In this document: positions 18,845 to 28,700 of the stretch, piece after piece | Layout: every line of letters starts with the position of its first letter | Position numbering within the stretch: position 1 is the first letter of the stretch | Assembly (NCBI GenBank): GCA_965200315.1 | Contig: OZ241362.1 | Coordinates: 4,864,001-4,928,000 of the forward strand | Reading direction: 5' to 3' | Length of the DNA: 64,000 nt | DNA from: Candidatus Latescibacterota bacterium | Lineage (GTDB): Bacteria; Latescibacterota; UBA2968; UBA8231 | Notes under the pieces: model-generated | What the model saw: only the letters and a program-made list of their open reading frames with translations | The model's database searches: none | What the model was told of the DNA's origin: nothing | Position numbers and translations under genes: made by a program

Positions 18845-19630
18845 ATGAAACTTGCATTGATGTCAGGAAATCTGCTGTCGCCGGCAGAGATGCGCTCCGA
18901 GGGATTCGAGGCGGTGCAGATGTTTTTCGGCGGGGGAGCAGACGGGGATGCAACGGACCCGTCGGCAGAGGATATAGACAAGGTACTACAGGCGGCTGAC
19001 ATTGCCCTGGCGGCGATGACCTTGCACGTCGATCTGGTTGGACCAAAGGGGATGGTCCCGGACGATATGGCAAGGCTAGTGAGTTGCGTGGAAAAAACCG
19101 CCGCGCTCGACGGGCGTTTCGGCGGCAACCCGCGGCCGGTGCTGGTGTGGCATCCGTCGGGGTATCCAGAAGAGGGCGTTGACGATCGGGCGGTGTTCGA
19201 GGGGCTATGCAACGGGCTGAGGACCGCCTGTGCGCTGGCGGAGCGGCTTGGCATTGTCATCGCAGTGGAAATGACGCGGGCGGGGAGCGTTGACGGAGCG
19301 GAGCGCTTTTTGCGATTGCAGGACCGGGTGGGGTCCAAGGCGCTCAAAGTCTGCATGGACGCGGCGAACTTCGCGCCCGACCGCACTCCGCTGGTGCGCG
19401 CGGTGCGGATGCTTGGCCCCGATATCGCAATCGCCCATGGCAAGGACGCGCGCTTTGCCGAAAACGGCGAGGTCGCCGACTACGGGCCGACGGGGTCGGG
19501 ATGCTTGGATTATCCCACTTATATCGGCGCGTTGCAGGAGTGGGCGCAGGTGCCCTACTTCGTCTTTGAGTACTACAAAAATCGCGCAGACATGTTGAAG
19601 GCCCGCGATATTGTGCGGGCCTATCTGTAG
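18845..19630 (+). CDS. Sugar phosphate isomerase/epimerase (xylose-isomerase-like TIM barrel)
   Basis: AVE, DAAN, AHGKD, G.G.LDY and FE metal-site pattern. Confidence 0.8.
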   Translation: MKLALMSGNLLSPAEMRSEGFEAVQMFFGGGADGDATDPSAEDIDKVLQAADIALAAMTLHVDLVGPKGMVPDDMARLVSCVEKTAALDGRFGGNPRPVLVWHPSGYPEEGVDDRAVFEGLCNGLRTACALAERLGIVIAVEMTRAGSVDGAERFLRLQDRVGSKALKVCMDAANFAPDRTPLVRAVRMLGPDIAIAHGKDARFAENGEVADYGPTGSGCLDYPTYIGALQEWAQVPYFVFEYYKNRADMLKARDIVRAYL

Positions 19631-19665
19631 ATTTCAACCTCTCTTAAAATCGCCGGACACGCACT

Positions 19666-20736
19666 GTGAAAGAAATCGCCGTTACCAACTTCTATTCTTG
19701 GTCCATCTTCAGCCAAGAGCGTCAGATTGACTTCAACGGTCATCTGTGGGTGCGGGACGAAGGCAATGTCCTGATTGATCCGGTGCCCATGACAGCGGCC
19801 GACTTGGAGCAGTTCGACCAATTGGGCGGGGCCGCTTGGATCGTGCTGACCAACCGCGACCACGAGCGCGAAGCCGCTTTTTTCCAAGACCGAACCGGTG
19901 CTCGCATCGCCGCCCATCGCGCCGAGGCCGACTTGTTTGATCAGTCGCCGGACCGCCGGTTGGCCGATGGCGAGGAAATCGTTCCCGGGCTCCGGGTAGT
20001 GCATTTGGCGCACGGCAAAAGTCGAGGGGAAATCGCCCTGTACTGGCCGGCTCTCAAGACGGTCTTAGCAGGCGATCTGGTCGTCGGTGCGCCGCTGGGC
20101 CGCATTACTTTGCTGCCGGACGCCAAGCTCGCCGACCCGCCCCAAGCTGCCTTGGGGCTACGCAAATTGTTGCAGCTCGATTTTGACGCTCTGCTGATGG
20201 GCGATGGTCATTCCGTTCTGCACGATGCCCGCCGACTGTTGCTCGAATGCTTGGAAGAACGGACTGACATTTACGTCAATAAGATCAATGTAGAGGATAT
20301 TCCTTGGACGCCTTGGCGTGGTGCCGAGGGCTATCAATGGGAGACCAAGGATATTGACCCGCTCATCGGCGGGCGGCACTTGGGCTACCGCCTCATCCGC
20401 CTGCCCGCTGGCCAGGCGACGTTCCCACAGCACTTTCATCACTTTGAAGAGGAAATGTTCTATATCCTCGAAGGGACTTGCACGCTGGTCGGCCCTCGCG
20501 GTCCAGTGGCAGTGGAAAAGGGCGATTTTATTGCCTGTCCACCCAGCCCGCGCAGCGCACACAAGTTTACCAACCAAGGCCAGCAGCCCTGCGTACTCTT
20601 GGCCTTGAGCAATGTCCTGCCGCACGATCTGGTCCAATACCCCGATTCCGACAAAGTCTTTCCCTGCGCCTTGGGCCGACAGGGCATTTTTCATTGCGCC
20701 GACGCGGTGGACTACTGGTCGGGTGAAACTGATTGA
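19666..20736 (+). CDS. Fusion of an MBL-fold domain and a cupin domain
   Basis: N-terminal LIDP/TNRDH/AGD/GDG; C-terminal HFHHFEEEMFYILEG...AHKFTN and YPDSDK. Confidence 0.8.
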   Translation: MKEIAVTNFYSWSIFSQERQIDFNGHLWVRDEGNVLIDPVPMTAADLEQFDQLGGAAWIVLTNRDHEREAAFFQDRTGARIAAHRAEADLFDQSPDRRLADGEEIVPGLRVVHLAHGKSRGEIALYWPALKTVLAGDLVVGAPLGRITLLPDAKLADPPQAALGLRKLLQLDFDALLMGDGHSVLHDARRLLLECLEERTDIYVNKINVEDIPWTPWRGAEGYQWETKDIDPLIGGRHLGYRLIRLPAGQATFPQHFHHFEEEMFYILEGTCTLVGPRGPVAVEKGDFIACPPSPRSAHKFTNQGQQPCVLLALSNVLPHDLVQYPDSDKVFPCALGRQGIFHCADAVDYWSGETD

Positions 20737-20745
20737 GAAGGTAAG

Positions 20746-21495
20746 ATGAGCAACCTTTTGCGACTGAATTTGCGCTCTCAGCACCTTGCACAAGACGAAG
20801 GCGGGTACGCTATCTGGCAGGTGCAGACCAGTATTCAAGAATGGGCGGCAGACCAAACCGCGCTCTTGCTGTGCGACGTGTGGAACAGCCACTGGTGCCG
20901 CGGCGCGGTCGAGCGCCTCGACGCGATGGTCGAGCGGATGGACGCCGTGGTCCGGGCGGTACGTGCGGCCGGTGGCTTGGTCGTCCACGCGCCTTCGGAT
21001 ACCATGGATTTTTACGCCGATGCGCCGGCGCGTCAGCGTGCGCTCGCGGCCCCTCAGATTGCGCCGCCGCCCGACGCCGAGCGTCCAGACCCGCCGCTGC
21101 CGGTGGATGCCTCCGATCACGGAGCGGACACGGGCGAGACTGAGGCCTATAAGGCTTGGAATCGGCAACATCCGGGGATTGGGATCGACCAAGAGCGGGA
21201 TATTATTTCTGACAGGGGGACAGAGGTGTATAGCTACTTGCAGCACGAGGGGATCGCCCATCTGCTGATTATGGGCGTCCACACCAATATGTGCGTTTTG
21301 CACCGCACCTTTGCCATCAAGCAGATGGTGCGCTGGGGAGTGGATGTGGTGCTGATCCGCGATTTGACTGACGCAATGTACAATCCGGCCATGCCGCCGT
21401 ACGTCAGCCACGACGCGGGCACGAGCTTGGTAGTGGAGTTTATCGAAAAATTTTGGTGCCCGAGCGTGGAGAGCAAGGATGTAATCGGGGCGTAA
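20746..21495 (+). CDS. Isochorismatase/cysteine hydrolase family protein
   Basis: ALLLCDVW, MGVHTNMCV and RDLTD. Confidence 0.85.
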   Translation: MSNLLRLNLRSQHLAQDEGGYAIWQVQTSIQEWAADQTALLLCDVWNSHWCRGAVERLDAMVERMDAVVRAVRAAGGLVVHAPSDTMDFYADAPARQRALAAPQIAPPPDAERPDPPLPVDASDHGADTGETEAYKAWNRQHPGIGIDQERDIISDRGTEVYSYLQHEGIAHLLIMGVHTNMCVLHRTFAIKQMVRWGVDVVLIRDLTDAMYNPAMPPYVSHDAGTSLVVEFIEKFWCPSVESKDVIGA

Positions 21496-21545
21496 AACTG
21501 CGCCTCATTAACCAAGATCGCCTGCGACCTAAAGGAGGTGCTTTT

Positions 21546-22442
21546 ATGCGACTCATCAGTACGTTTTGCCTCACGCTGGCCCTTATGCTGGTCGGCACTG
21601 CCCATGCTCACATCGGCGAAAAGGTCTTTTTGATCTTCGAGATCCCAGATGCCGATTTGGGGGATATTGACCTCTTTGATGCGGATATCTCCGACTGGGA
21701 GGATGTGGTCGGCGATGCTTCACTCACGCCGGCGGACTTTTTCGCCGACCCGACTGTTGGCGACGGTGCCCAGTACAACCCGGCCGACATGGACTACCGG
21801 ATCTGGCTGGGTTGGAACGAGACCAACAATCGACTCTATTTAGCTACCGAGCGCATCGACGACGTCTATATCAATGAGTACAGCGGCGGAGCACCCGCTA
21901 CGGTGTGGCAGTACGACTCGGTCGAGCTCATGGTTGACGGCGATCACTCCGGAGGTCAGTACAACTTTAATAACAGCGAGGACATGACCGACGAGGAGAA
22001 GGCACACAACCAAAACGCTCAGGCTCAGAAGTGGAACGCTATCTTCGACGCGCCCGACGGGCGCGTTCTGGGGTATCCGGGCCGGGCCGAGTGGCTCAAC
22101 TCAACACCGCTGAGCGATGGCGGCGGCGGATCGGTCGGCGGCGGGCCAACCGTGTCAGTCCTCGAGATTTACGTCACGCCCTACGACGACATTATCTTCG
22201 CCGATCAAGAGGGTAGTGTGCCCACGGACCTAGAGGCCGGTAACATCATCGGCCTCCAGATCGCCATGCCGGACTTCGACGAAGCGCCTCTGAAATACCG
22301 GGGCTACCACACCCTTTCTGGCCAAGCGGCGACCTTCCGCTTTGCCGAGCGCTTCGTTGATGCCCGGCTAGTCGGTGCCGACGAGGCCACTGCGGTTGAC
22401 GATATGTCTTGGGCGCGGATCAAGGCGAGTTTTAGCGAGTAG
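21546..22442 (+). CDS. Secreted acidic protein with a CBM9/DOMON-like domain and a short C-terminal tag
   Basis: Signal peptide ending AHA; D.SDW, WLGWN...LYLA..RIDD, DSVELMVDGD and IIGLQIAMPDFD; ends TAVDDMSWARIKASFSE; RBS aaggaggt. Confidence 0.7.
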   Translation: MRLISTFCLTLALMLVGTAHAHIGEKVFLIFEIPDADLGDIDLFDADISDWEDVVGDASLTPADFFADPTVGDGAQYNPADMDYRIWLGWNETNNRLYLATERIDDVYINEYSGGAPATVWQYDSVELMVDGDHSGGQYNFNNSEDMTDEEKAHNQNAQAQKWNAIFDAPDGRVLGYPGRAEWLNSTPLSDGGGGSVGGGPTVSVLEIYVTPYDDIIFADQEGSVPTDLEAGNIIGLQIAMPDFDEAPLKYRGYHTLSGQAATFRFAERFVDARLVGADEATAVDDMSWARIKASFSE

Positions 22443-22457
22443 GCTTTCTGTTTTTTG

Positions 22458-22500
22458 TCCCCTGCGAGAGAGGTGCATTTCTCTCGCAGGGGATACTTTT
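22458..22500 (+). terminator. Intrinsic terminator
   Basis: 14-bp perfect stem tcccctgcgagaga / tctctcgcagggga followed by tactttt. Confidence 0.8.
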
Positions 22501-22586
22501 ATGCAAGAGGCCGATGTTGCCAATTCTTTACGAGAGGTTGCCATGACAAATAAGCCTAGAGCAGCCGCCAACTTCTAGCGGATCTT

Positions 22587-24878
22587 TTGAAAATAACAAC
22601 ACCTAACAAAGTTATCGGCTGGACGGTCGTTGTGCTGGGGCTGCTTTGCAGCGCGGTGCCAGGGCAAGCGGCGACTCGCGTTGAGGTGCCCATTTTTGAG
22701 GGCGGCGCGGGATTGGATTTTTTCTTTTTTGCCGCACGCGAATACGAAAAGGCCCGTCCCGATGTACAGGTCGATCTCTACGGCGATCCGCGCATCGCCG
22801 ACAAGGTGCGGGTGCGGATCCTCGAAGGCACGTTCCCGGAAGTTAGCAACGCGGGGCTCAATTACTGGGCGCTGATCCGCAACGGCGAAATCCTACCCCT
22901 CGCCCGCTATCTGGACGGGCCGAGTTGGGACGGGGATCGCACTTGGCGCACGTCCTTCTTGCCCGGCAGCCTCGACCGCTATGAGTACGAGGGCAAGGTC
23001 TACGGCATTCCTTTCCTCTACTCGGTGTACGCCGTCTGGTACAACAAGAACATGTTCGCCGAGCACGGCTGGGTACCGCCGCGCACTTGGGACGAGTTTT
23101 TTGCCCTCTGCGAGCAAATTCGCGCAGCCGGGGTCTGGCCGCTGGCCTTTCAGGGGCGCTATCCGGGCTATATCGGCGGCGTGACCGACAACGCCTATTA
23201 TCACCTCGCTGGCCGCGAGCGGTTTTACGAGCAGAAGGAGTTAGTGCCGGGCAGTTTCGCCAATCCCGAATTTGTGACGGCACTAGGGCTTATTCAGCGC
23301 ACGGCTCAGCAGTACTTCCAGCCCGGGGCTCTCGGCATGAGCCACACCGAGGCGCAGCTCGAGTTTTTCTTGGGCCACACCGCGATGGTCTTTTGCGGCT
23401 CTTGGCTCAAAAGCGAGATGATGGGCAAAATTCCCGCTGGCTTCCGCTTGGGGGCCTTTAATTTGCCCGTGGTTGAGGGCGGAGCCGGCCAACCCAATGC
23501 CATCTACACAGGTGCCGGGTATTACTTTGTCTTCAAAAACAGTGCCCACCCCGAGTTGGGCGTGGATTTTTTGCGCTTTATGACCTCTCAGGAGATGGCG
23601 GGCACCTTTGCCGAGATGCGCGATGTTTTGGTGGCCGTCGATGGGGCGATGGAGGGGCGGACCAGCGAAGATGTGCAGGACTTGGTGGTGCTGGCGCAGC
23701 AGGCGACGACGAGCTATGGCACCGCCCCGGGCGAGGGCTTCCCAGAGATGGACCAATTCCTCAACGACGTGCGCTTCAAGATCGTCAATGGGCAGATAAC
23801 GCCAGAGGAAGCGGCCCAAGAGCTGGAGTCGGCGGCCGAAGCCGTGCGCAACCGCAGCCATAACCCGGATCAGATCACCATCCGCCACCTGTGGAAACCC
23901 GCGCTGTTGTTGGGGCTTTTGGCGCTGGCGATGGGCTATTGGCTGTGCACGACAGCGCGGCAGTGGCGCGAAAAACAGGCTGGGGCCCGACCTACTAGCC
24001 GGGTGCGCTTGGGCTGGGCTGGAGTGCTATTCTTCGTCGGTCCGGCGGCCGCGTTCTACACGCTCTTTGTGGTGGTGCCCAGCATCAAGTCCTTCGTCTG
24101 GAGCGCGATGCGCTGGGACGGGCTGACCGAGATGGCTTTCGTCGGGTTGTTGCACTTCCATCGGCTGCTGTTTGAGAGCGACGAGTTTTGGATTGCGCTG
24201 TCGAACAATCTCTTCATCATGTTCATCATTCCGCTTTGCGTGTTGCCGCTGGCGCTTTTTTTGGCGGTGTGCATCAGCCGCGAGGTCGTCGGAGCCAAGC
24301 TCTTCCGCATCGTCTTCTTCTTTCCCAACATCCTCGGCGGGGTCGCGGCGACTCTGCTGTGGATGCACCTGTACAATCCACAAGGAGGGCCGATCAACAC
24401 GGTGTTGGTGGCCTTGGGATTGGAGGGGTTTGCGGGGTTTGCTTGGCTGGCGCAAGACAACCTCTACTGGGCGCTGATACCCATGTCGATCTGGGGCGCG
24501 GCCGGGTTCAACATGGTGCTGTTTTTGGCGGCGATGGAGAGCATTCCGCAGAGCATGTACGAGGCCGCCGACATCGACGGGGCCTCGGCGTGGCGGCAGT
24601 TTTGGTCGATTACGGTGCCGCTGATTTGGGAGATTTTGTCGATAGCGATTGTGTTTATGATCATCGGCGGGATGAAGGCGTTTGAGGTGATTTGGCTGTT
24701 GACCAATCAGCGGCCAACGACCGACAACCACGTCATTGGCACGCGGATGGTGCAGGCGATGTTTACCGAATTTAAGGTGGGGGAGGCTACGGCGATTGCA
24801 GTACTGCTCTTTTTGATCGTCTTCTTTGGCACCACCGCAACCTTGCGCGCCATGAAGCGCGAAGCCGTGGAGTTTTGA
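22587..24878 (+). CDS. Fused sugar ABC substrate-binding protein and permease
   Basis: N-terminal SBP motifs (GKVYGIPF, WYNKNMF, PRTWDEF) continuous with a permease carrying MYEAADIDGA. Confidence 0.88.
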   Translation: MKITTPNKVIGWTVVVLGLLCSAVPGQAATRVEVPIFEGGAGLDFFFFAAREYEKARPDVQVDLYGDPRIADKVRVRILEGTFPEVSNAGLNYWALIRNGEILPLARYLDGPSWDGDRTWRTSFLPGSLDRYEYEGKVYGIPFLYSVYAVWYNKNMFAEHGWVPPRTWDEFFALCEQIRAAGVWPLAFQGRYPGYIGGVTDNAYYHLAGRERFYEQKELVPGSFANPEFVTALGLIQRTAQQYFQPGALGMSHTEAQLEFFLGHTAMVFCGSWLKSEMMGKIPAGFRLGAFNLPVVEGGAGQPNAIYTGAGYYFVFKNSAHPELGVDFLRFMTSQEMAGTFAEMRDVLVAVDGAMEGRTSEDVQDLVVLAQQATTSYGTAPGEGFPEMDQFLNDVRFKIVNGQITPEEAAQELESAAEAVRNRSHNPDQITIRHLWKPALLLGLLALAMGYWLCTTARQWREKQAGARPTSRVRLGWAGVLFFVGPAAAFYTLFVVVPSIKSFVWSAMRWDGLTEMAFVGLLHFHRLLFESDEFWIALSNNLFIMFIIPLCVLPLALFLAVCISREVVGAKLFRIVFFFPNILGGVAATLLWMHLYNPQGGPINTVLVALGLEGFAGFAWLAQDNLYWALIPMSIWGAAGFNMVLFLAAMESIPQSMYEAADIDGASAWRQFWSITVPLIWEILSIAIVFMIIGGMKAFEVIWLLTNQRPTTDNHVIGTRMVQAMFTEFKVGEATAIAVLLFLIVFFGTTATLRAMKREAVEF

Positions 24879-24880
24879 GC

Positions 24881-25738
24881 ATGGCCGAGCAACGCAAATT
24901 TTCTTTTGCCAAACCTTTCGTTTATCTGGTGTTGTGCGGCTATCTGACGGTTGTGGTCTATCCGATGCTGTGGCTGCTCTACACCTCACTAAAGACCGAC
25001 CGCGAGATTTTCCTCAATCCCTTCAGCCTGCCCGAGCTCGGAGATTTGCAATGGATCAACTTTACAAACGCCTGGACTAAGGGGCACTTCGGCGACTACT
25101 TCTTCAACAGCGTCTTCTTGACCGTGGCGACGGTGGCGGTCTCCATGCTGCTGGCGGCGATGGCGGCCTACGCGCTGGCGCGCTTTAGCTTCTTTGGCGT
25201 GCGGCCGATGTTTTTCTACTTCTTGGCTGGGCTGATGATTCCGCTGCAACTGTCTATTGTGCCGCTCTTTTTTCAGATGAAGGACTTCGGCCTGCTCAAC
25301 TCGCGTCTCGGCATTCTGATGGTCTATGTGGCCTTTGGGATGCCGTTTGCCATCTTTATCCTCACCGGGTTTTTCAAGTCTTTGCCCTCCGGGTTGCACG
25401 AATCGGCGCTGATAGATGGGGCGGGGGAGTTTCGGGCGTTTTGGTCGATTATGCTGCCGTTGGCGCGGCCCGGGCTTATTACGGTGGGCATCTTCGCCTT
25501 TTTGGGGACTTGGAACGAGTTTTTCATGGCCTTTATGTTCTTGTCCGGGGAAGGGTCGCAGGCATTGCGCACCCTGCCGTTGGGGCTGGCCAACATCACT
25601 ATCGTCAGTCAGTACCGCAGCGATTGGGGCATGGCCTTTGCCGGATTGGTGCTGATCATGGCTCCGACGATGCTGGTGTATGCTTTTCTACAGCAATATC
25701 TGACGAAGGGGATTACGGTTGGGGCGCTCAAGGGGTAA
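24881..25738 (+). CDS. Carbohydrate ABC transporter permease (MalG-like)
   Basis: AAYALAR, ESALIDGA, WNEF and TLPLGL. Confidence 0.92.
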   Translation: MAEQRKFSFAKPFVYLVLCGYLTVVVYPMLWLLYTSLKTDREIFLNPFSLPELGDLQWINFTNAWTKGHFGDYFFNSVFLTVATVAVSMLLAAMAAYALARFSFFGVRPMFFYFLAGLMIPLQLSIVPLFFQMKDFGLLNSRLGILMVYVAFGMPFAIFILTGFFKSLPSGLHESALIDGAGEFRAFWSIMLPLARPGLITVGIFAFLGTWNEFFMAFMFLSGEGSQALRTLPLGLANITIVSQYRSDWGMAFAGLVLIMAPTMLVYAFLQQYLTKGITVGALKG

Positions 25739-25756
25739 AAGGAGCCGGGAGGATTG

Positions 25757-28700
25757 ATGAGCAAAACGACGACGCGGCTGACGGCAACCATTGAAACCTA
25801 TCTCGCCGATCTGCAACGAGTCCGCGCCTCCGGCGGCGCAACCGGCGAGCGGTCGAGCTATGGGCCGCTGGCGGGCCTGCTGAACGCCATCGGCACCACG
25901 GTCAAGCCCAAGGTGTTCTGCGTTGGCGAGTTGGCCGATCAGGGAGCTGGGCATCCCGACTTTGGGCTGTACTCGGCAAAGCAGGTTCAGAAGGGGCAAC
26001 CGAAACAGGGGCAGGTGCCCGAAGGCGGTGTGGTTGAAGTGAAAGCGGCAGACGATGACGCTTGGTTGACCGCGGCGGGCGATCAGGTCAGCCGCTATTG
26101 GGACCGCTACCGGCGGGTGCTGGTGACCAATACGCGCGACTTCGTGCTGGTGGGCGAGGATGCGGCGGGGCGACCTGCTAAGCTCGAAACGTTTCGGCTG
26201 GCGGCAAGTGCGGCCGAGTTTGAGCAACGGTTGGAAAGTCCGCGTGTTTTTGCTGGTGAGGTCGGCGCGGGTTTGGGGGAATATCTGTGCCGGGTGCTGG
26301 CGCATCGGGCGCGGCTTTCTGAGCCGAAGGACTTGGCTTGGCTGTTAGCGTCTCATGCCCGCGATGCGCTGGCGCGGGTCGAGGCGGCGGGCGATGCGCC
26401 AGCGTTGACGGCGGTGCGGGCGGCACTGGAAGAGGCCCTCGGCGTCCGCTTTGAGGGCGAACGAGGGGCTCGGTTTTTTCGTTCGACGCTGGTGCAAACA
26501 CTGTTCTACGGGGTGTTTTCCGCTTGGGTACTGTGGGCGCGGCAAATACCATCGCCCGCGAAAGCGTTTAATTGGCGCGAAGCCGTTTGGCACTTGCGGG
26601 CCCCTGTCATGCAGGCCCTGTTCCAACAACTATCGCAGCCCGGTCGCCTGCAACCGCTCGGCCTCGTCGAGGTGCTGGACTGGACCTCTGCTGCGCTCGA
26701 CCGGGTGGGTCGCGACGCCTTCTTTGCCCGCTTCAACGAGGGCGCGGCCGTAACCTATTTCTACGAGCCGTTTTTGGAAGCCTTTGATCCCGAATTACGC
26801 AAGCAGTTGGGCGTCTGGTACACGCCAGCCGAAGTGGTGCGCTACATGGTCGCCCGCGTGGATAAGGCACTGCGGGACGATCTCGGCATTGCCGACGGAC
26901 TGGCTGCGGAAAACGTCTATGTGCTCGATCCGTGCTGTGGCACCGGGGCGTATCTGGCGGAAGTGCTGCGCCGCATGGCCGCCAATCTGGAAAATCAAGG
27001 CTTGGGTGCGCTGACCGGTGCTCGGATCAAGCAGGCAGCGACCGAGCGCGTGTTTGGCTTTGAGATTATGCCTGCGCCGTTTGTCGTCGCTCATTTGCAA
27101 GTTGGGTTGACCATGCAGGCACTCGACGCGGCACTGGCCGACGACGGTCAGGAACGCGCCCAAGTGTTTCTCACCAATGCGCTGACCGGCTGGGAGCCGC
27201 ATACGACTAAACCGCTACCGTTCCCCGAACTGGAGGAGGAACGCGACCGGGCCGAGCGCGTGAAACAGGAGACGCCGATTCTGGTGATTTTGGGCAATCC
27301 ACCCTATAACGGCTTTGCGGGCATGGCTATGGACGAAGAGCGGGCACTAGCCGAAGCCTACCGCACGCCTAAGCGGGTGCGCCGTCCTGAAGGCCAAGGG
27401 CTGAACGACCTCTATGTCCGCTTTTTTCGCATGGCCGAGCGGCGTATTGCAAAGACCGGCCAGGGTGTGGTCTGCTTCATTTCCAACTACTCGTGGCTCG
27501 ACGGGCTGTCGCATACGGGGATGCGGGAGCAATTTCTTGGAGCATTCGACGCGATACGGATTGACTGCTTGAACGGCGACAAATACGGGACTGGCAAGGT
27601 CGCGCCGAACGGATCGCCAGACCCGAGCATCTTTTCGACGCCGGACGATCCGGTCGGCATTCAAGTTGGGACGGCGATTGCGCTGTTGATACGCAAGGAG
27701 GCTCATGCCCCGGCTGCAACAATCGGCTTTCGGCATCTGTGGGGACAGGCCAAGCGGGAGGCATTGATTGAGACGGAGGAGGCGGAGCCGGATGCGATCT
27801 ACGACAGTGTTGAGCCGATGTTGCCGCTTGGTCTGCCGTTTAAGCAAACGGCGGTGAGCGAGGATTGGTTCGCCTGGCCGGCACTCCCGGACCTGTTTCC
27901 GGTGTCGTTTCCCGGCGTCAAGACCAGCCGCAATGGATTTCTCATCGACATCGATCTCGACCCGCTCAAGGCGCGGGTTGCCGATTACTTCAACGCGGAT
28001 TTGCGCCACCAAGAAATCACCCGCCGCCATCCGGCCATAATGAAAAAATCAGCGCAGTTCGACGCCGAGGCTGTGCGCGATGAGCTACTGGTACGCGGTG
28101 GACCGAACCAAGCCGGGTTCATCCGTCATACCTATCGGCCATTTGATAATCGCTGGCTGTATTGGGAAGCGGATTCAAAGCTGCTCGACCGACCGCGGCC
28201 CCAGTATGAGCCGCATGTATTCGAGGGAAATCTGTGGCTTTCCGCGGCGCAGCACCTGCGCAAGGATGCCAACGAGCCGCAAGCCTGTTTCACGAAAATT
28301 ATGGGCTCCGGGCATCTGATTGAACGCGGTGCGAGTATGTTCCCCGCCTATCTCCGCGAGGAGGGCGATCTCGGCAACGGCGGCCAATCCGGCGACCGTC
28401 CCAATCTGTCGCCCGTTGCTCAACGCTACCTCAAGTGCCTCGGTGCGTCCGTCGAAGACCTCTTCTACCACGTCCTCTCTATCCTCCACGATCCCGCTTA
28501 CCGCGCAGCCAACGCCGGAGCGCTCCGCATGGAATGGCCGCGCATCCCCCTGCCGGGCTGGCCCGATGGCGAAGCGGACGGCGCGGCAGAGTCTCTCGCT
28601 GCATCAGCGGCGCGAGGGCGCGAACTGGCCCGCCTGCTCGACCCCGAGGCACTCGTGCCGGGCGTTACCCAAGGCACGTTGCGCCCAGAAATCGCCGCCC

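Noticed and set aside
16220-18855. Target-site duplication around the type II RM cassette (cgttttaatgcgaaac versus cgttatgaaac)
   Set aside because: Similarity is too short and gapped to distinguish from chance
20158-21411. 417-aa antisense ORF, and similar ones at 24027-24989, 54066-55214 and 58824-59732
   Set aside because: Shadow ORFs opposite well-supported genes in GC-rich DNA; no motifs
22501-22545. Sigma54 promoter or gttgcca direct repeat upstream of the ABC fusion gene
   Set aside because: GG-GC spacing does not fit -24/-12, and a 7-mer repeat is weak evidence
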